Virus record (IMG/VR): IMGVR_UViG_3300016643_000320
Span: 1-30,126 of that record
Length of the DNA: 30,126 bases
Reading direction: 5' to 3' (one strand)
Origin: a virus
Lineage: Duplodnaviria; Caudoviricetes
The notes beneath the pieces were generated by a model, which searched no databases, had not been told where the DNA came from, and saw nothing but the letters and a program-made list of their open reading frames with translations. How positions within the stretch are numbered: position 1 is the stretch's first letter; every line of letters begins with the position of its first letter. Below are positions 15,887-23,771 of this stretch, in pieces. The position numbers were made by a program, and so were the translations under genes.

Positions 15887-17008
15887 ATGGCACTTGGCAA
15901 GGTCAGCGTTAACAATCTCAATCTGGGCCAAGGCGCCGTGACTGAGATCGAGCGCTATTTTCTGTTCATCGGTCCCGGCCCGAAAAGCACCGGCAAATTG
16001 ATCGCCCTCAACACCGATAGCGATCTGGACACGCAACTGGGCCTACCGGCCAGTGACCTGAAAGCCCAGGTCACTGCCGCACGCCTGAACGGCGGCGATC
16101 GCTGGGCGTGCCTGGCGGCGCCGATTGCCCCGGACGGTGACTGGACCAAAGCCCTAGAGATGTCCCAGCAGCAGGGCTTTTCCGTCGAAGCGGTGGTGAT
16201 CACCAAACCGGTGGCCACCGGTGCCGAGCTGTCGGCCATGCACGACGCGGCCGTGTTGATGAATGACACCTATGGCCGCCGCGCCTTTGTCATGGCAGCC
16301 ACGGCGGGCCTGTCGCTAAGCCCATTCCAAAGCTGGGCCGAGTACCTGGTGGCCCAAAAAGCGATCACCGCCGGCGTATCAGCACCGCGTGTCCTGGTAG
16401 TGCCGCAGTTGCACGGTAACGACCTGGGCGTGTTGGCCGGCAGGCTGGCCAACGCGGCCGTCAGCATCGCTGACAGCCCGATGCGCGTGGCCACCGGCGC
16501 AGTGCTGGGGCTTGGTTCCGTACCCGTCGACTCCGAAGGCGTGCCATTGCCGTCCTCGATCCGTTCCGAGCTGGACAAGGCGCGTTTCTCCGTCTCACAG
16601 ACCTATTCCGATTACCCGGGCGTGTACTGGGGCGACGGCAACATGCTCGATGCACCTGGTAGCGACTATCAGGTCGTGGAGTACCTGCGCCTTGCGGACA
16701 AGGCCGCACGCCAGGTCCGGCCGCTGTTGATTCGCCGCGTGGGCGATCGCCGCTTGAACAACACCCCCAACAGCATGGCCGTGAACATCAACGCGCTGAT
16801 GGCCCCTCTGCGCCGCATGGCCAAGTCGGTCAAGTTCGCCGGCGAGGTGTTCCCCGGCGAGATCGAATCACCCAAAGACGGCGACATCGTGCTGGTTTGG
16901 AAAAGCAAAACCGCCGTTGAGGCGTTCATCAAGCTCAAGCCTCACAACTGCCCGAAAGACCTCACGGCGAACATCGCCCTGGACCTTTCCAACGACGATT
17001 CGGAGTAA
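15887..17008 (+). CDS. Tail sheath protein (HP1-type, DUF2586-like)
   Basis: 373 aa; V.VNNLNLGQG, GVLAGRL, SIADSPMRVATG and YPGVYWGDG motifs. Confidence 0.88.
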   Translation: MALGKVSVNNLNLGQGAVTEIERYFLFIGPGPKSTGKLIALNTDSDLDTQLGLPASDLKAQVTAARLNGGDRWACLAAPIAPDGDWTKALEMSQQQGFSVEAVVITKPVATGAELSAMHDAAVLMNDTYGRRAFVMAATAGLSLSPFQSWAEYLVAQKAITAGVSAPRVLVVPQLHGNDLGVLAGRLANAAVSIADSPMRVATGAVLGLGSVPVDSEGVPLPSSIRSELDKARFSVSQTYSDYPGVYWGDGNMLDAPGSDYQVVEYLRLADKAARQVRPLLIRRVGDRRLNNTPNSMAVNINALMAPLRRMAKSVKFAGEVFPGEIESPKDGDIVLVWKSKTAVEAFIKLKPHNCPKDLTANIALDLSNDDSE

Positions 17009-17013
17009 TCCCC

Positions 17014-17463
17014 ATGTCACGTATTGGCGGCAAGAACTTTGACGTGAACCTGGGCGATCTGCTGGTCCACGTCGAAAGCTGCACCCTGGATATCACCGAC
17101 AACAGCAAGACCGCACAAACCCGGGGCGTGCCTGACGGCTACGTCGACGGCGATGTGGCAGCGGCCGGCGAACTGGAGCTGGATTCCACCAACTTCAATC
17201 TGCTGATCGAAGCTGCGCGCTCTGCCGGCAGTTTTCGCAAGCTCGATGCCTTCGACACGGTGTTTTTTGCCAAGGCAGGCGACGACGAGCTGCGCATTGA
17301 GGCCTTCGGTTGCAAGTTGAAGGTCTCCAGCCTGCTGAGCATCGATCCCAAAGGTGGCGAAAAGACCAAGCACAAGGTGCCGTTCGAGGTCACCAGCCCC
17401 GACTTTATCCGCATCAATGGCGTGCCGTACCTGGATGCCACCGAGATCGAGGGCATTAGCTGA
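17014..17463 (+). CDS. Tail tube protein (HP1-type, DUF2597-like)
   Basis: 149 aa; RIGGKNFD, TRGVPDGYVDGDV.A.GE.ELD and VTSPDFIRINGVPYL motifs. Confidence 0.88.
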   Translation: MSRIGGKNFDVNLGDLLVHVESCTLDITDNSKTAQTRGVPDGYVDGDVAAAGELELDSTNFNLLIEAARSAGSFRKLDAFDTVFFAKAGDDELRIEAFGCKLKVSSLLSIDPKGGEKTKHKVPFEVTSPDFIRINGVPYLDATEIEGIS

Positions 17464-17675
17464 TGGGCGATTGGCTTGACGACGCCAAGGCGATCGAGGA
17501 GCGGGAGCGCGAGCGGTGTATCCAGGCTGTGCAGGCCCGGTCGCGCCCTTCGGGGCCGAGCCGTAGCTATTGCCGCGACTGTGACGAGCAGATCCCGGCC
17601 AAGCGCCAGGCCCTGGGCGGGATCACTCGTTGTACTCCGTGCCAGACCACTTTCGAGAAAGGACAGCGCCGATGA
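17463..17675 (+). CDS. TraR/DksA C4-type zinc-finger protein
   Basis: 70 aa; N-terminal D-x-x-D-x-A, CRDC...IP..R...CTPCQ. Confidence 0.9.
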   Translation: MGDWLDDAKAIEERERERCIQAVQARSRPSGPSRSYCRDCDEQIPAKRQALGGITRCTPCQTTFEKGQRR

Positions 17676-17968
17676 CCGCCCGCGCCATGCCCAAAAACAA
17701 CATGGAAAGCCGATTTGCAGTGCTGGAACACCGCGTCAGCGACCTGGAGGACCGTCACGAAACTGTGCCTACCCGGGTCACGCGGTTGGAAGGCGAGTTC
17801 GAACACATGGCGGTACAGCTCTCGGCTCTGAATGAGGGCCAGCGCGAACTGACCTCTACCGTGTCCGATATCGGTACCAAGGTTACGCGCATGTTGGCGG
17901 TGCTGACCGTGCTGGGCGTGGTTGCGCAGATGGTCGGGCCGGCATTGCTTCGGGTGCTGTTCCCATGA
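17672..17968 (+). CDS. Coiled-coil protein with C-terminal transmembrane helix; putative holin-position protein
   Basis: 98 aa from the ATG at 17672; heptad-like N-terminal part, hydrophobic MLAVLTVLGVVAQMVGPALL; directly precedes the endolysin. Confidence 0.6.
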   Translation: MTARAMPKNNMESRFAVLEHRVSDLEDRHETVPTRVTRLEGEFEHMAVQLSALNEGQRELTSTVSDIGTKVTRMLAVLTVLGVVAQMVGPALLRVLFP

Positions 17969-18498
17969 GCCTGCGCGGCAAGATCGCCGCCGGCGCTATC
18001 GCGCTCTGCAGCTCCACGCTGGTGGTGTTCCTGGGTACTTGGGAAGGCAACGGCAAGAACACCGTCTACGCCGACAAGCTGGCCCGAGGGCTGCCGACCG
18101 TATGCAAGGGCATTACCCGCCACACCAGTCCGTACCCGGTGGTTGTGGGTGATTACTGGTCGGATTCCAGGTGCAACGAGGTAGAGCAGTTGGTGATCAG
18201 CAAAGGCCAACTGGAGCTGGCCGACTGCATCACCAATCAGGACGTGGGCCAGAACACGTTCGACGCCCTGAGCAGCCATGGCCACAACTTCGGCAACCCC
18301 AGCACCTGCGCCAGTCGCGCCGTGGGCCTGATCAATGCCGGTCGCATCAAAGACGGCTGCCAGGCCCTGGCTTGGGCACCGGACGGCAAAACCCCAGTGT
18401 GGGCCTTCGTCACCAACGCCCAGGGCAAGAAGGTGTTTATCCCGGGGCTACATGCCCGCCGCCTGGCAGAAGCTGCGTTGTGTGAGGCGGGCTTGTGA
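17965..18498 (+). CDS. GH24 lysozyme endolysin with N-terminal SAR domain
   Basis: Ala/Gly/Ser-rich weakly hydrophobic N-terminus; catalytic E27/D37/T45 (WEG..YAD..PTVC.G.T); C-terminal GL..RR..E...C. Confidence 0.9.
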   Translation: MSLRGKIAAGAIALCSSTLVVFLGTWEGNGKNTVYADKLARGLPTVCKGITRHTSPYPVVVGDYWSDSRCNEVEQLVISKGQLELADCITNQDVGQNTFDALSSHGHNFGNPSTCASRAVGLINAGRIKDGCQALAWAPDGKTPVWAFVTNAQGKKVFIPGLHARRLAEAALCEAGL

Positions 18499-18974
18499 TG
18501 CGCGAAGGCATTTTCATCCTGGTGCTGTGCCTGGTGGCCTGGTTCGGCTTCGACCTGCTGGAAGGCCAGCGCGACATGGCCCGTAGCGAGCGTGACGCCG
18601 CGCTGTTCGAAGTCAGCGGCCTGCGCGAGGCGGCGCGGATCAGCGGCGAGATGCTGGCCGAGCGTGACGCCATCGACCTTCAACGCACCCAGGAACTCAA
18701 CGATGAACGCACTGAAAACGACGCTCTGCGCCTTGATGTTGCTGCTGGCCGTAAGCGGTTGCGCGTCAACGCCACCTGCAGCGCACCAATGCCCGCCAGT
18801 ACCGGCGCCAGCGGCGTGGCTCATGCAGCCGCCGCCGAACTCGCAACAGACGCTCGACCGGATTATTTCACCCTTGTCGACCAGCTCGCCCTGAGCAAAC
18901 AAATGATTTTGGGCCTGCAAGACCATGCCCTGCGGGTATGCCCGCGCCAATCACAAGCGACTCTTACCCCCTGA
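18498..18974 (+). CDS. Rz: Rz-like inner-membrane spanin
   Basis: N-terminal TM helix, coiled coil, LR.DV..G.KRLRV.ATC and DYFTL..Q....LQ motifs. Confidence 0.88.
   Translation: MREGIFILVLCLVAWFGFDLLEGQRDMARSERDAALFEVSGLREAARISGEMLAERDAIDLQRTQELNDERTENDALRLDVAAGRKRLRVNATCSAPMPASTGASGVAHAAAAELATDARPDYFTLVDQLALSKQMILGLQDHALRVCPRQSQATLTP
18703..18894 (+). CDS. Rz1: Rz1-like outer-membrane lipoprotein spanin, embedded in Rz (+1 frame)
   Basis: MNALKTTLCALMLLLAVSG-C lipobox; Pro-rich CPPVPAPAAWLMQPPPN...LDRIISP; AGGA RBS at 18691. Confidence 0.85.
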   Translation: MNALKTTLCALMLLLAVSGCASTPPAAHQCPPVPAPAAWLMQPPPNSQQTLDRIISPLSTSSP

Positions 18975-18987
18975 ACGGAGCAACACC

Positions 18988-19275
18988 ATGACCGACAAAC
19001 GCGATATCACCCTGGAAGTAGGCGACAAGGAATTCACCTTCGAACTGACCCCGCAGGACGTGACCAAGTACTTCAACGCCGTCACCCAAACCAACAAGGT
19101 TTCGCCGGCCAACAACCTGCTGGTGACCACGGTTAAGCAGGAAGAACGCGCCACCCTCAAGGCCCAGTTGGGCAATCCGGTGTTGGTCATGCAACTGGCC
19201 GGCGCGCTCCTCGAGGAGTACGGCCCGGACGTTGAAATCACCGTAAAAAAGCCCTCGACCACGCCGAACGACTGA
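18988..19275 (+). CDS. Tail assembly chaperone (short form)
   Basis: 95 aa; GGAG RBS; upstream of the tape measure gene; ends shortly after the slippery A-AAA-AAG. Confidence 0.85.
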   Translation: MTDKRDITLEVGDKEFTFELTPQDVTKYFNAVTQTNKVSPANNLLVTTVKQEERATLKAQLGNPVLVMQLAGALLEEYGPDVEITVKKPSTTPND

Positions 19276-19439
19276 CCGAAAGCGGCCTGGGCCAACTGGT
19301 GGCCCTGGCCGGTCGCTGGCTACCCGGTGCCGAACCCACCGCCGAGGTGATGGGGACGGCCAAGTGGCTTGAGGACGAACACTGGCGGCGAATGGAAATT
19401 GCCATCGCCAACGGCATCGCCTACGCACTCAACGGATAA
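18988..19439 (+). CDS. Tail assembly chaperone long form via programmed -1 frameshift at 19245-19251 (about 150 aa)
   Basis: In-frame A AAA AAG. The -1 frame is open to TAA 19437-19439 and reads ALDHAERLTESGLGQLVALAGRWLPG...AKWLEDEHWRRMEIAIANGIAYALNG. Confidence 0.8.
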
Positions 19440-19445
19440 ACACTG

Positions 19446-21758
19446 ATGGCTGATAAAAGCGCCCGCCTGGCCTTCATTTTGAGCCTGACCGATAAGGTCA
19501 CAGCCCCCATGGGCAAGGTGAAAATGGGTTTTTCCGATCTGGCTGAACAGAGCGAAAAGCACATCAAGACTATGGGGTTTGGTCTGGCGGGCATCACCGG
19601 CGCGTATGTCGGTATCACGCAGTCTATGGAACCGGCCCTGGAGATGAACCGCGCCCTGGGCGAAGTGCGATCGCTTGGTGTGGCCGAAGATGCGTTGAAC
19701 GCGTTGAATCGCAAGTCCCTGGAGTTCTCCGTTGCCTATGGGGAGAACGCTCGGGATTTTGTCGCCTCGGCTTATCACATCGAAGGCGCTATCAAAGGGC
19801 TGGTGGGCAATCAACTGGCGACGTTTACCAATGCCAGCGATGTATTGGCCAAGGCCACCAAGGCCGACGCAGACACCATGGGCACCTACGTCGGCACGAT
19901 GTACAACCTGTTCAAGGGTCAGGCTGACGCCATGGGCAAGGGCCAGTGGGTTGAAACACTGGCCGGCCAAACTGCCACCGCCGTTCAACTGTTCCGCACC
20001 AGTGGCGAGCAGATCGGAGAGGCATTCAAAAGCGCCGGTGGTCTGGCCAGCACCGCCGGTGTAAGCCTGGCCGAACAAATGGCGGTGCTTGGCACGTTGG
20101 GCGGCACCATGGACGGCGGGGAGGCTGGTGGTCTCTACAAGTCGTTTTTTGAAAACGTCAGCAGCGCATCGGAAAAGCTCGGCATGTCCTTCGTCGACCA
20201 GCAGGGCAAGTTGCTGCCGATGATGGACATCCTGGACAAGCTCAAGGGTAAGTTCGGGGATCTGTCGATCGAGGCCAACGGCAAGCAGCTGCGCGACGCC
20301 TTTGGTGGTGAAGCGGCCCGCCTGATCACCACCCTGATGGGCGACACCGGCCGCTTGAAAAACGGCATGGAGCAGTTGGGCAATGTGCGCGGCCTAGAGA
20401 ACGCCGAGCGCATGGCCAAGAACATGGTGGACCCGTGGCAACAGTTCAGCGCAGCCGTGCAAGCCCTGCGTATCGCGTTCGGCCAGTCATTGATTCCGAT
20501 CCTGACACCGCTTATGGATCGCCTGGTGGGCATTGCCAGCACGCTGACCCGCTGGACCCAACTGTTCCCCAACATCACCCGTTTGATAGGGATTGTCACT
20601 CTGTCGTTCCTGGCGATCACAGCCGCTATGTCTTTACTCACCTTGACGGTGGGGCTGTCCAAAATGGCTTGGCTGGGGACCGTTGTAGTGTGGAATGCTC
20701 TTACCTGGTCAGGTTACCGCAGTATCGCCATGTTCCTGTACCACACCGTTATGGTGATCGGTTTCGTGGCCGGCCTGGTGCTGATGGTCGCCTGGTTGGG
20801 CTTGGTCAAAGGTGCAATGCTGCTGTGGCAGGGAGCTATTTGGCTGGTCAACACCGCGTTGTTGGCCAACCCGGTGGCCTGGATCGTGATCGGCATCGTT
20901 GGCCTGGTCGCGGCTGTTGCGGCGGCGATCATTTATTGGGACGAGTGGACCAGTGCGCTGCTCAACAGCGAGGCGTTCCAGTGGGTCAGCGGCCAATTGA
21001 CCGCGCTGTCCGAGTGGTTCGATTCGATGGGCGGCTGGTCAGCCATGGCCAGCGCGGCCTGGGACGGCATCGTCAACATTTTCAAAAGCGCGATCAACGG
21101 TCTGATCGAGATGTTGAACAAGATCCCCGGCGTGAACATCGAGGCAGCGTTTGGAGACATCCCGGCCGCCCCGGAACTGCCGACGATCAGCGCACCCCAG
21201 GTCGAGGCGCCGCTGCTCCCGCAACTGGTGAGCGCGTCACAGCAACCCATCCAGGCGCCGCCCCTGGTAATGGCTGCTACGTCGAAAGCACCGGCGCCGG
21301 CCATGCCAGCCCTCAACGCTCTACAGCCGCGGACCCAAGCGCCGGCCTTGGTGCTGGCACCTGTGCCGAAAACCCCGGCGCCGAAAGCCCAGCCAATAAC
21401 CGCGCCCGAAGCCCCACGCGCAGCACCGGCACTGGTGGCCGCGCCGGCACTCAAAACGCCGGCGCCGATTGGGCCTCAGTTGCGCGTCCCTCAACCCATG
21501 CAGCCGCCGGCTCTGGTCACCGCGTCCAAGCCGACCGAGAAGGCCGAGCAAAGCCAGCAACGGATCAACAGTGCAGTGACCAGTCTGTCACCGAAACGGC
21601 CCGACGCCGTGCCCCGGGGCGGCTTGCTGGCCAGCATCCAGAACAACAACCAAACCCAAAACAAGGGCACCCACGTGGAGAACGTCAACATTCACACCGG
21701 CAAACCGATGAACCCGCTGGAGCTGGAAGGCATGTTGGCCATGGCGGTGGGCGGATGA
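19446..21758 (+). CDS. Tail tape measure protein
   Basis: 770 aa; L.FILSLTDKVT.P start, Ala/Gly-rich helical core, ANPV.WIV.GI hydrophobic region, Trp-spaced repeats. Confidence 0.93.
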   Translation: MADKSARLAFILSLTDKVTAPMGKVKMGFSDLAEQSEKHIKTMGFGLAGITGAYVGITQSMEPALEMNRALGEVRSLGVAEDALNALNRKSLEFSVAYGENARDFVASAYHIEGAIKGLVGNQLATFTNASDVLAKATKADADTMGTYVGTMYNLFKGQADAMGKGQWVETLAGQTATAVQLFRTSGEQIGEAFKSAGGLASTAGVSLAEQMAVLGTLGGTMDGGEAGGLYKSFFENVSSASEKLGMSFVDQQGKLLPMMDILDKLKGKFGDLSIEANGKQLRDAFGGEAARLITTLMGDTGRLKNGMEQLGNVRGLENAERMAKNMVDPWQQFSAAVQALRIAFGQSLIPILTPLMDRLVGIASTLTRWTQLFPNITRLIGIVTLSFLAITAAMSLLTLTVGLSKMAWLGTVVVWNALTWSGYRSIAMFLYHTVMVIGFVAGLVLMVAWLGLVKGAMLLWQGAIWLVNTALLANPVAWIVIGIVGLVAAVAAAIIYWDEWTSALLNSEAFQWVSGQLTALSEWFDSMGGWSAMASAAWDGIVNIFKSAINGLIEMLNKIPGVNIEAAFGDIPAAPELPTISAPQVEAPLLPQLVSASQQPIQAPPLVMAATSKAPAPAMPALNALQPRTQAPALVLAPVPKTPAPKAQPITAPEAPRAAPALVAAPALKTPAPIGPQLRVPQPMQPPALVTASKPTEKAEQSQQRINSAVTSLSPKRPDAVPRGGLLASIQNNNQTQNKGTHVENVNIHTGKPMNPLELEGMLAMAVGG
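21252..21530 (+). repeat. About 3.5 degenerate 27-28-codon Pro/Ala-rich repeats in the tape measure C-terminus
   Basis: QAPPLVMAATSKAPAP (21252), QAPALVLAPVPKTPAP (21336), AAPALVAAPALKTPAP (21420), QPPALVTA (21501). Confidence 0.75.
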
Positions 21759-22072
21759 GCGACTACATCGACCTGCTGATTGCCGACAACGACCTGGTAC
21801 TGGACCCATCGCGTCAGCCGCTGCTGATCGAGGACCGGGCCAGCATCGCCCAGGACATCGCGCACATGATCCGCGAGAGCGGCTTGCTGGTCACTCTGGT
21901 GGCTGAGCGCAGCAAGCTGCGTCAGCGCGACTGCATCCAGCAATTGGAACTGCTGGTGGAGGCCGACGAACGCCTGGTACCAGGAACGGCACTGATTAAA
22001 CAAGTGGAGTCTGGCCAGTACCTGGTCACGGCGAAAACGCTGAAATTTGGCGATATCGAGGTGACCCTGTGA
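21755..22072 (+). CDS. Baseplate wedge small subunit (DUF2590-like)
   Basis: 105 aa MSDYIDLLI...SIAQDI.HMIRESGL...VE.DERLVPGT; ATGA overlap with the tape measure stop. Confidence 0.85.
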   Translation: MSDYIDLLIADNDLVLDPSRQPLLIEDRASIAQDIAHMIRESGLLVTLVAERSKLRQRDCIQQLELLVEADERLVPGTALIKQVESGQYLVTAKTLKFGDIEVTL

Positions 22073-23241
22073 GCGACGTAGATTTTAAGCAGGCTCTGGC
22101 AGACGGCGGCATCCCGGTCACTGAGGAAGGCTTGCGCGAGGCGTGGGAAAAGGAAGTCACGGCCCAGGGTAGCAAGATGAGCAACACCAGCGCTTATTCG
22201 CCGTTCTGGCGGGTGATCACCGCCCTTGTGACCAAGCCGGTGCTGTGGCTGATCAATTTCGTCAGTGGCACGATCCTGCCGAATTTCTTTGTCAAAACCG
22301 CACGCGACAAATGGCTGGATATGTTGGCCTGGGCGGTCAACGTCGAACGTAAAGGCGCGACCAAGGCCAAAGGTGTGCTGCTGTTCACCCGCGATGTGCC
22401 GGGTGGTGCGTTGGAATTGCCCGCCGGCGTTGTGGTGCAGTCTGCAGCGATCAATGGACATATCTATCAATTAATCACCACCCAGGCCGTCACCTTCGCG
22501 GACGGCGTGCTGCAGCTGGAGGTCCCGGTAGAGGCCCAGGAAGTTGGCAGCGGCTACAACCTGGCCCCGGGTTACTACGCCATCCTGCCGGTGCCTATTG
22601 CCGGCATCGTCCAGGTGGTGAACGCGGACGGTTGGCTGATTGCACCAGGTGCAGATCCAGAGCCGGATGATCAGCTACGTTTGCGCGTGCGCAACCAGTT
22701 CTCGGCCGTCAACCAGTGGCACACCGATTCGGTGTACCGCGCCATGATTTCTGCCTTCCCGGGCGTGCGGCCGGACGGTGTTTATTTCTTGCACGGTGCG
22801 CCCCGTGGCCCAGGCAGCGCTAATGCCTACGTGCTGTTCGAAGCGGACGTGCCGGCGGCGACCTACTTGCAGCAGATCAACGCGCACATCCGCGACCAGG
22901 GCAACCACGGCCATGGTGATGACCTGCTGGTGATGGTCATGCCCGAGACCCAGCACACCTTGCGCGTAACCGTGTGGCCACAACCGTTGCTGACCGCCGA
23001 GCAGCGCACCAAGCTGCTGGCCGAAGTAGCCCAGTTCGTTCGGGCGGCCTTTCGCGAGAGCGGTGCTGGGGACTATCAGCCGACGCTGACCTTTCCTCAG
23101 TCCCGTTTTTCATTCAGCCGCCTGGGCGAAGAACTTCACCAGCAGTTCCCCGGCATTGAGTCGCTGCATTTTGACAATGCCGACATCGTGTCAGAGCTGA
23201 GCATTCCCAGGATCAAAACCCTGCAGGTGGTGCCGGCATGA
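22069..23241 (+). CDS. Baseplate J/gp47-family protein
   Basis: G.D.E.DD.LR.R and APRGPG.AN motifs; WLD..A..V...RK.A.KA.G. Confidence 0.92.
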   Translation: MSDVDFKQALADGGIPVTEEGLREAWEKEVTAQGSKMSNTSAYSPFWRVITALVTKPVLWLINFVSGTILPNFFVKTARDKWLDMLAWAVNVERKGATKAKGVLLFTRDVPGGALELPAGVVVQSAAINGHIYQLITTQAVTFADGVLQLEVPVEAQEVGSGYNLAPGYYAILPVPIAGIVQVVNADGWLIAPGADPEPDDQLRLRVRNQFSAVNQWHTDSVYRAMISAFPGVRPDGVYFLHGAPRGPGSANAYVLFEADVPAATYLQQINAHIRDQGNHGHGDDLLVMVMPETQHTLRVTVWPQPLLTAEQRTKLLAEVAQFVRAAFRESGAGDYQPTLTFPQSRFSFSRLGEELHQQFPGIESLHFDNADIVSELSIPRIKTLQVVPA

Positions 23242-23762
23242 TCAAGCTCAATTTGCCGTTCTGGCTTGATGGCCCGCAGTTGGCCAAGTTGAAAGCCGCT
23301 GCCCAGTCCTGGTGGGAAAAAGTCGAGGGCTGGCTGCAGTGGCCGCTGTTGCAGATGGATGCCGACACCTGCCACCTGACCGTGCTGGACCTGCTGGCCT
23401 GGCAACGGGATATCAGCCGCTTCAAGGACGAACCTGAAAGTCTGTACCGACTTCGGGTCAAGTTCGCCTTTATCAACGCGGTGGACGCCGGCAGCACGGC
23501 GGGGCTCAAACGCATCCTGCAGCGTTTGGGCGTGGGTTACGTCGAGATTGACGAACGCATGCCCGATCGGGACTGGGACGTGGTGATGCTGCGTCTTTCC
23601 GACTCCCAGCTTTCGCAAAACCCGGAGCTGTTGCGTGTGTTGATCCAGCAGTACGGCCGCACCTGCCGGCGCTATGACTTCGTGACCATCACACCCGTAT
23701 CGCTGCGCATCGTCGCGGCTGACTTTAACGACGATCAGCAAACGCTGATTGCCAGCCTGTAG
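23238..23762 (+). CDS. Baseplate/tail protein (P2 gpI-like)
   Basis: LDLLAWQRDI.RF..EPE.LYRLRV..AF motif; position between J and the fibre. Confidence 0.85.
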   Translation: MIKLNLPFWLDGPQLAKLKAAAQSWWEKVEGWLQWPLLQMDADTCHLTVLDLLAWQRDISRFKDEPESLYRLRVKFAFINAVDAGSTAGLKRILQRLGVGYVEIDERMPDRDWDVVMLRLSDSQLSQNPELLRVLIQQYGRTCRRYDFVTITPVSLRIVAADFNDDQQTLIASL

Positions 23763-23771
23763 GAGCCTCTT

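Noticed and set aside
17672-17704. Dual-start holin/antiholin motif (Met1, Met6, Met11)
   Set aside because: There is no N-terminal TM helix for a charge switch to act on, and no separate SD is evident.
20435-21754. 440-codon upstream extension of the DUF2590-like ORF overlapping the tape measure gene
   Set aside because: It lies in the frame where stops are depleted by GC-rich third positions, with Arg/Gly/Pro-rich junk composition; the real start is the ATG at 21755.
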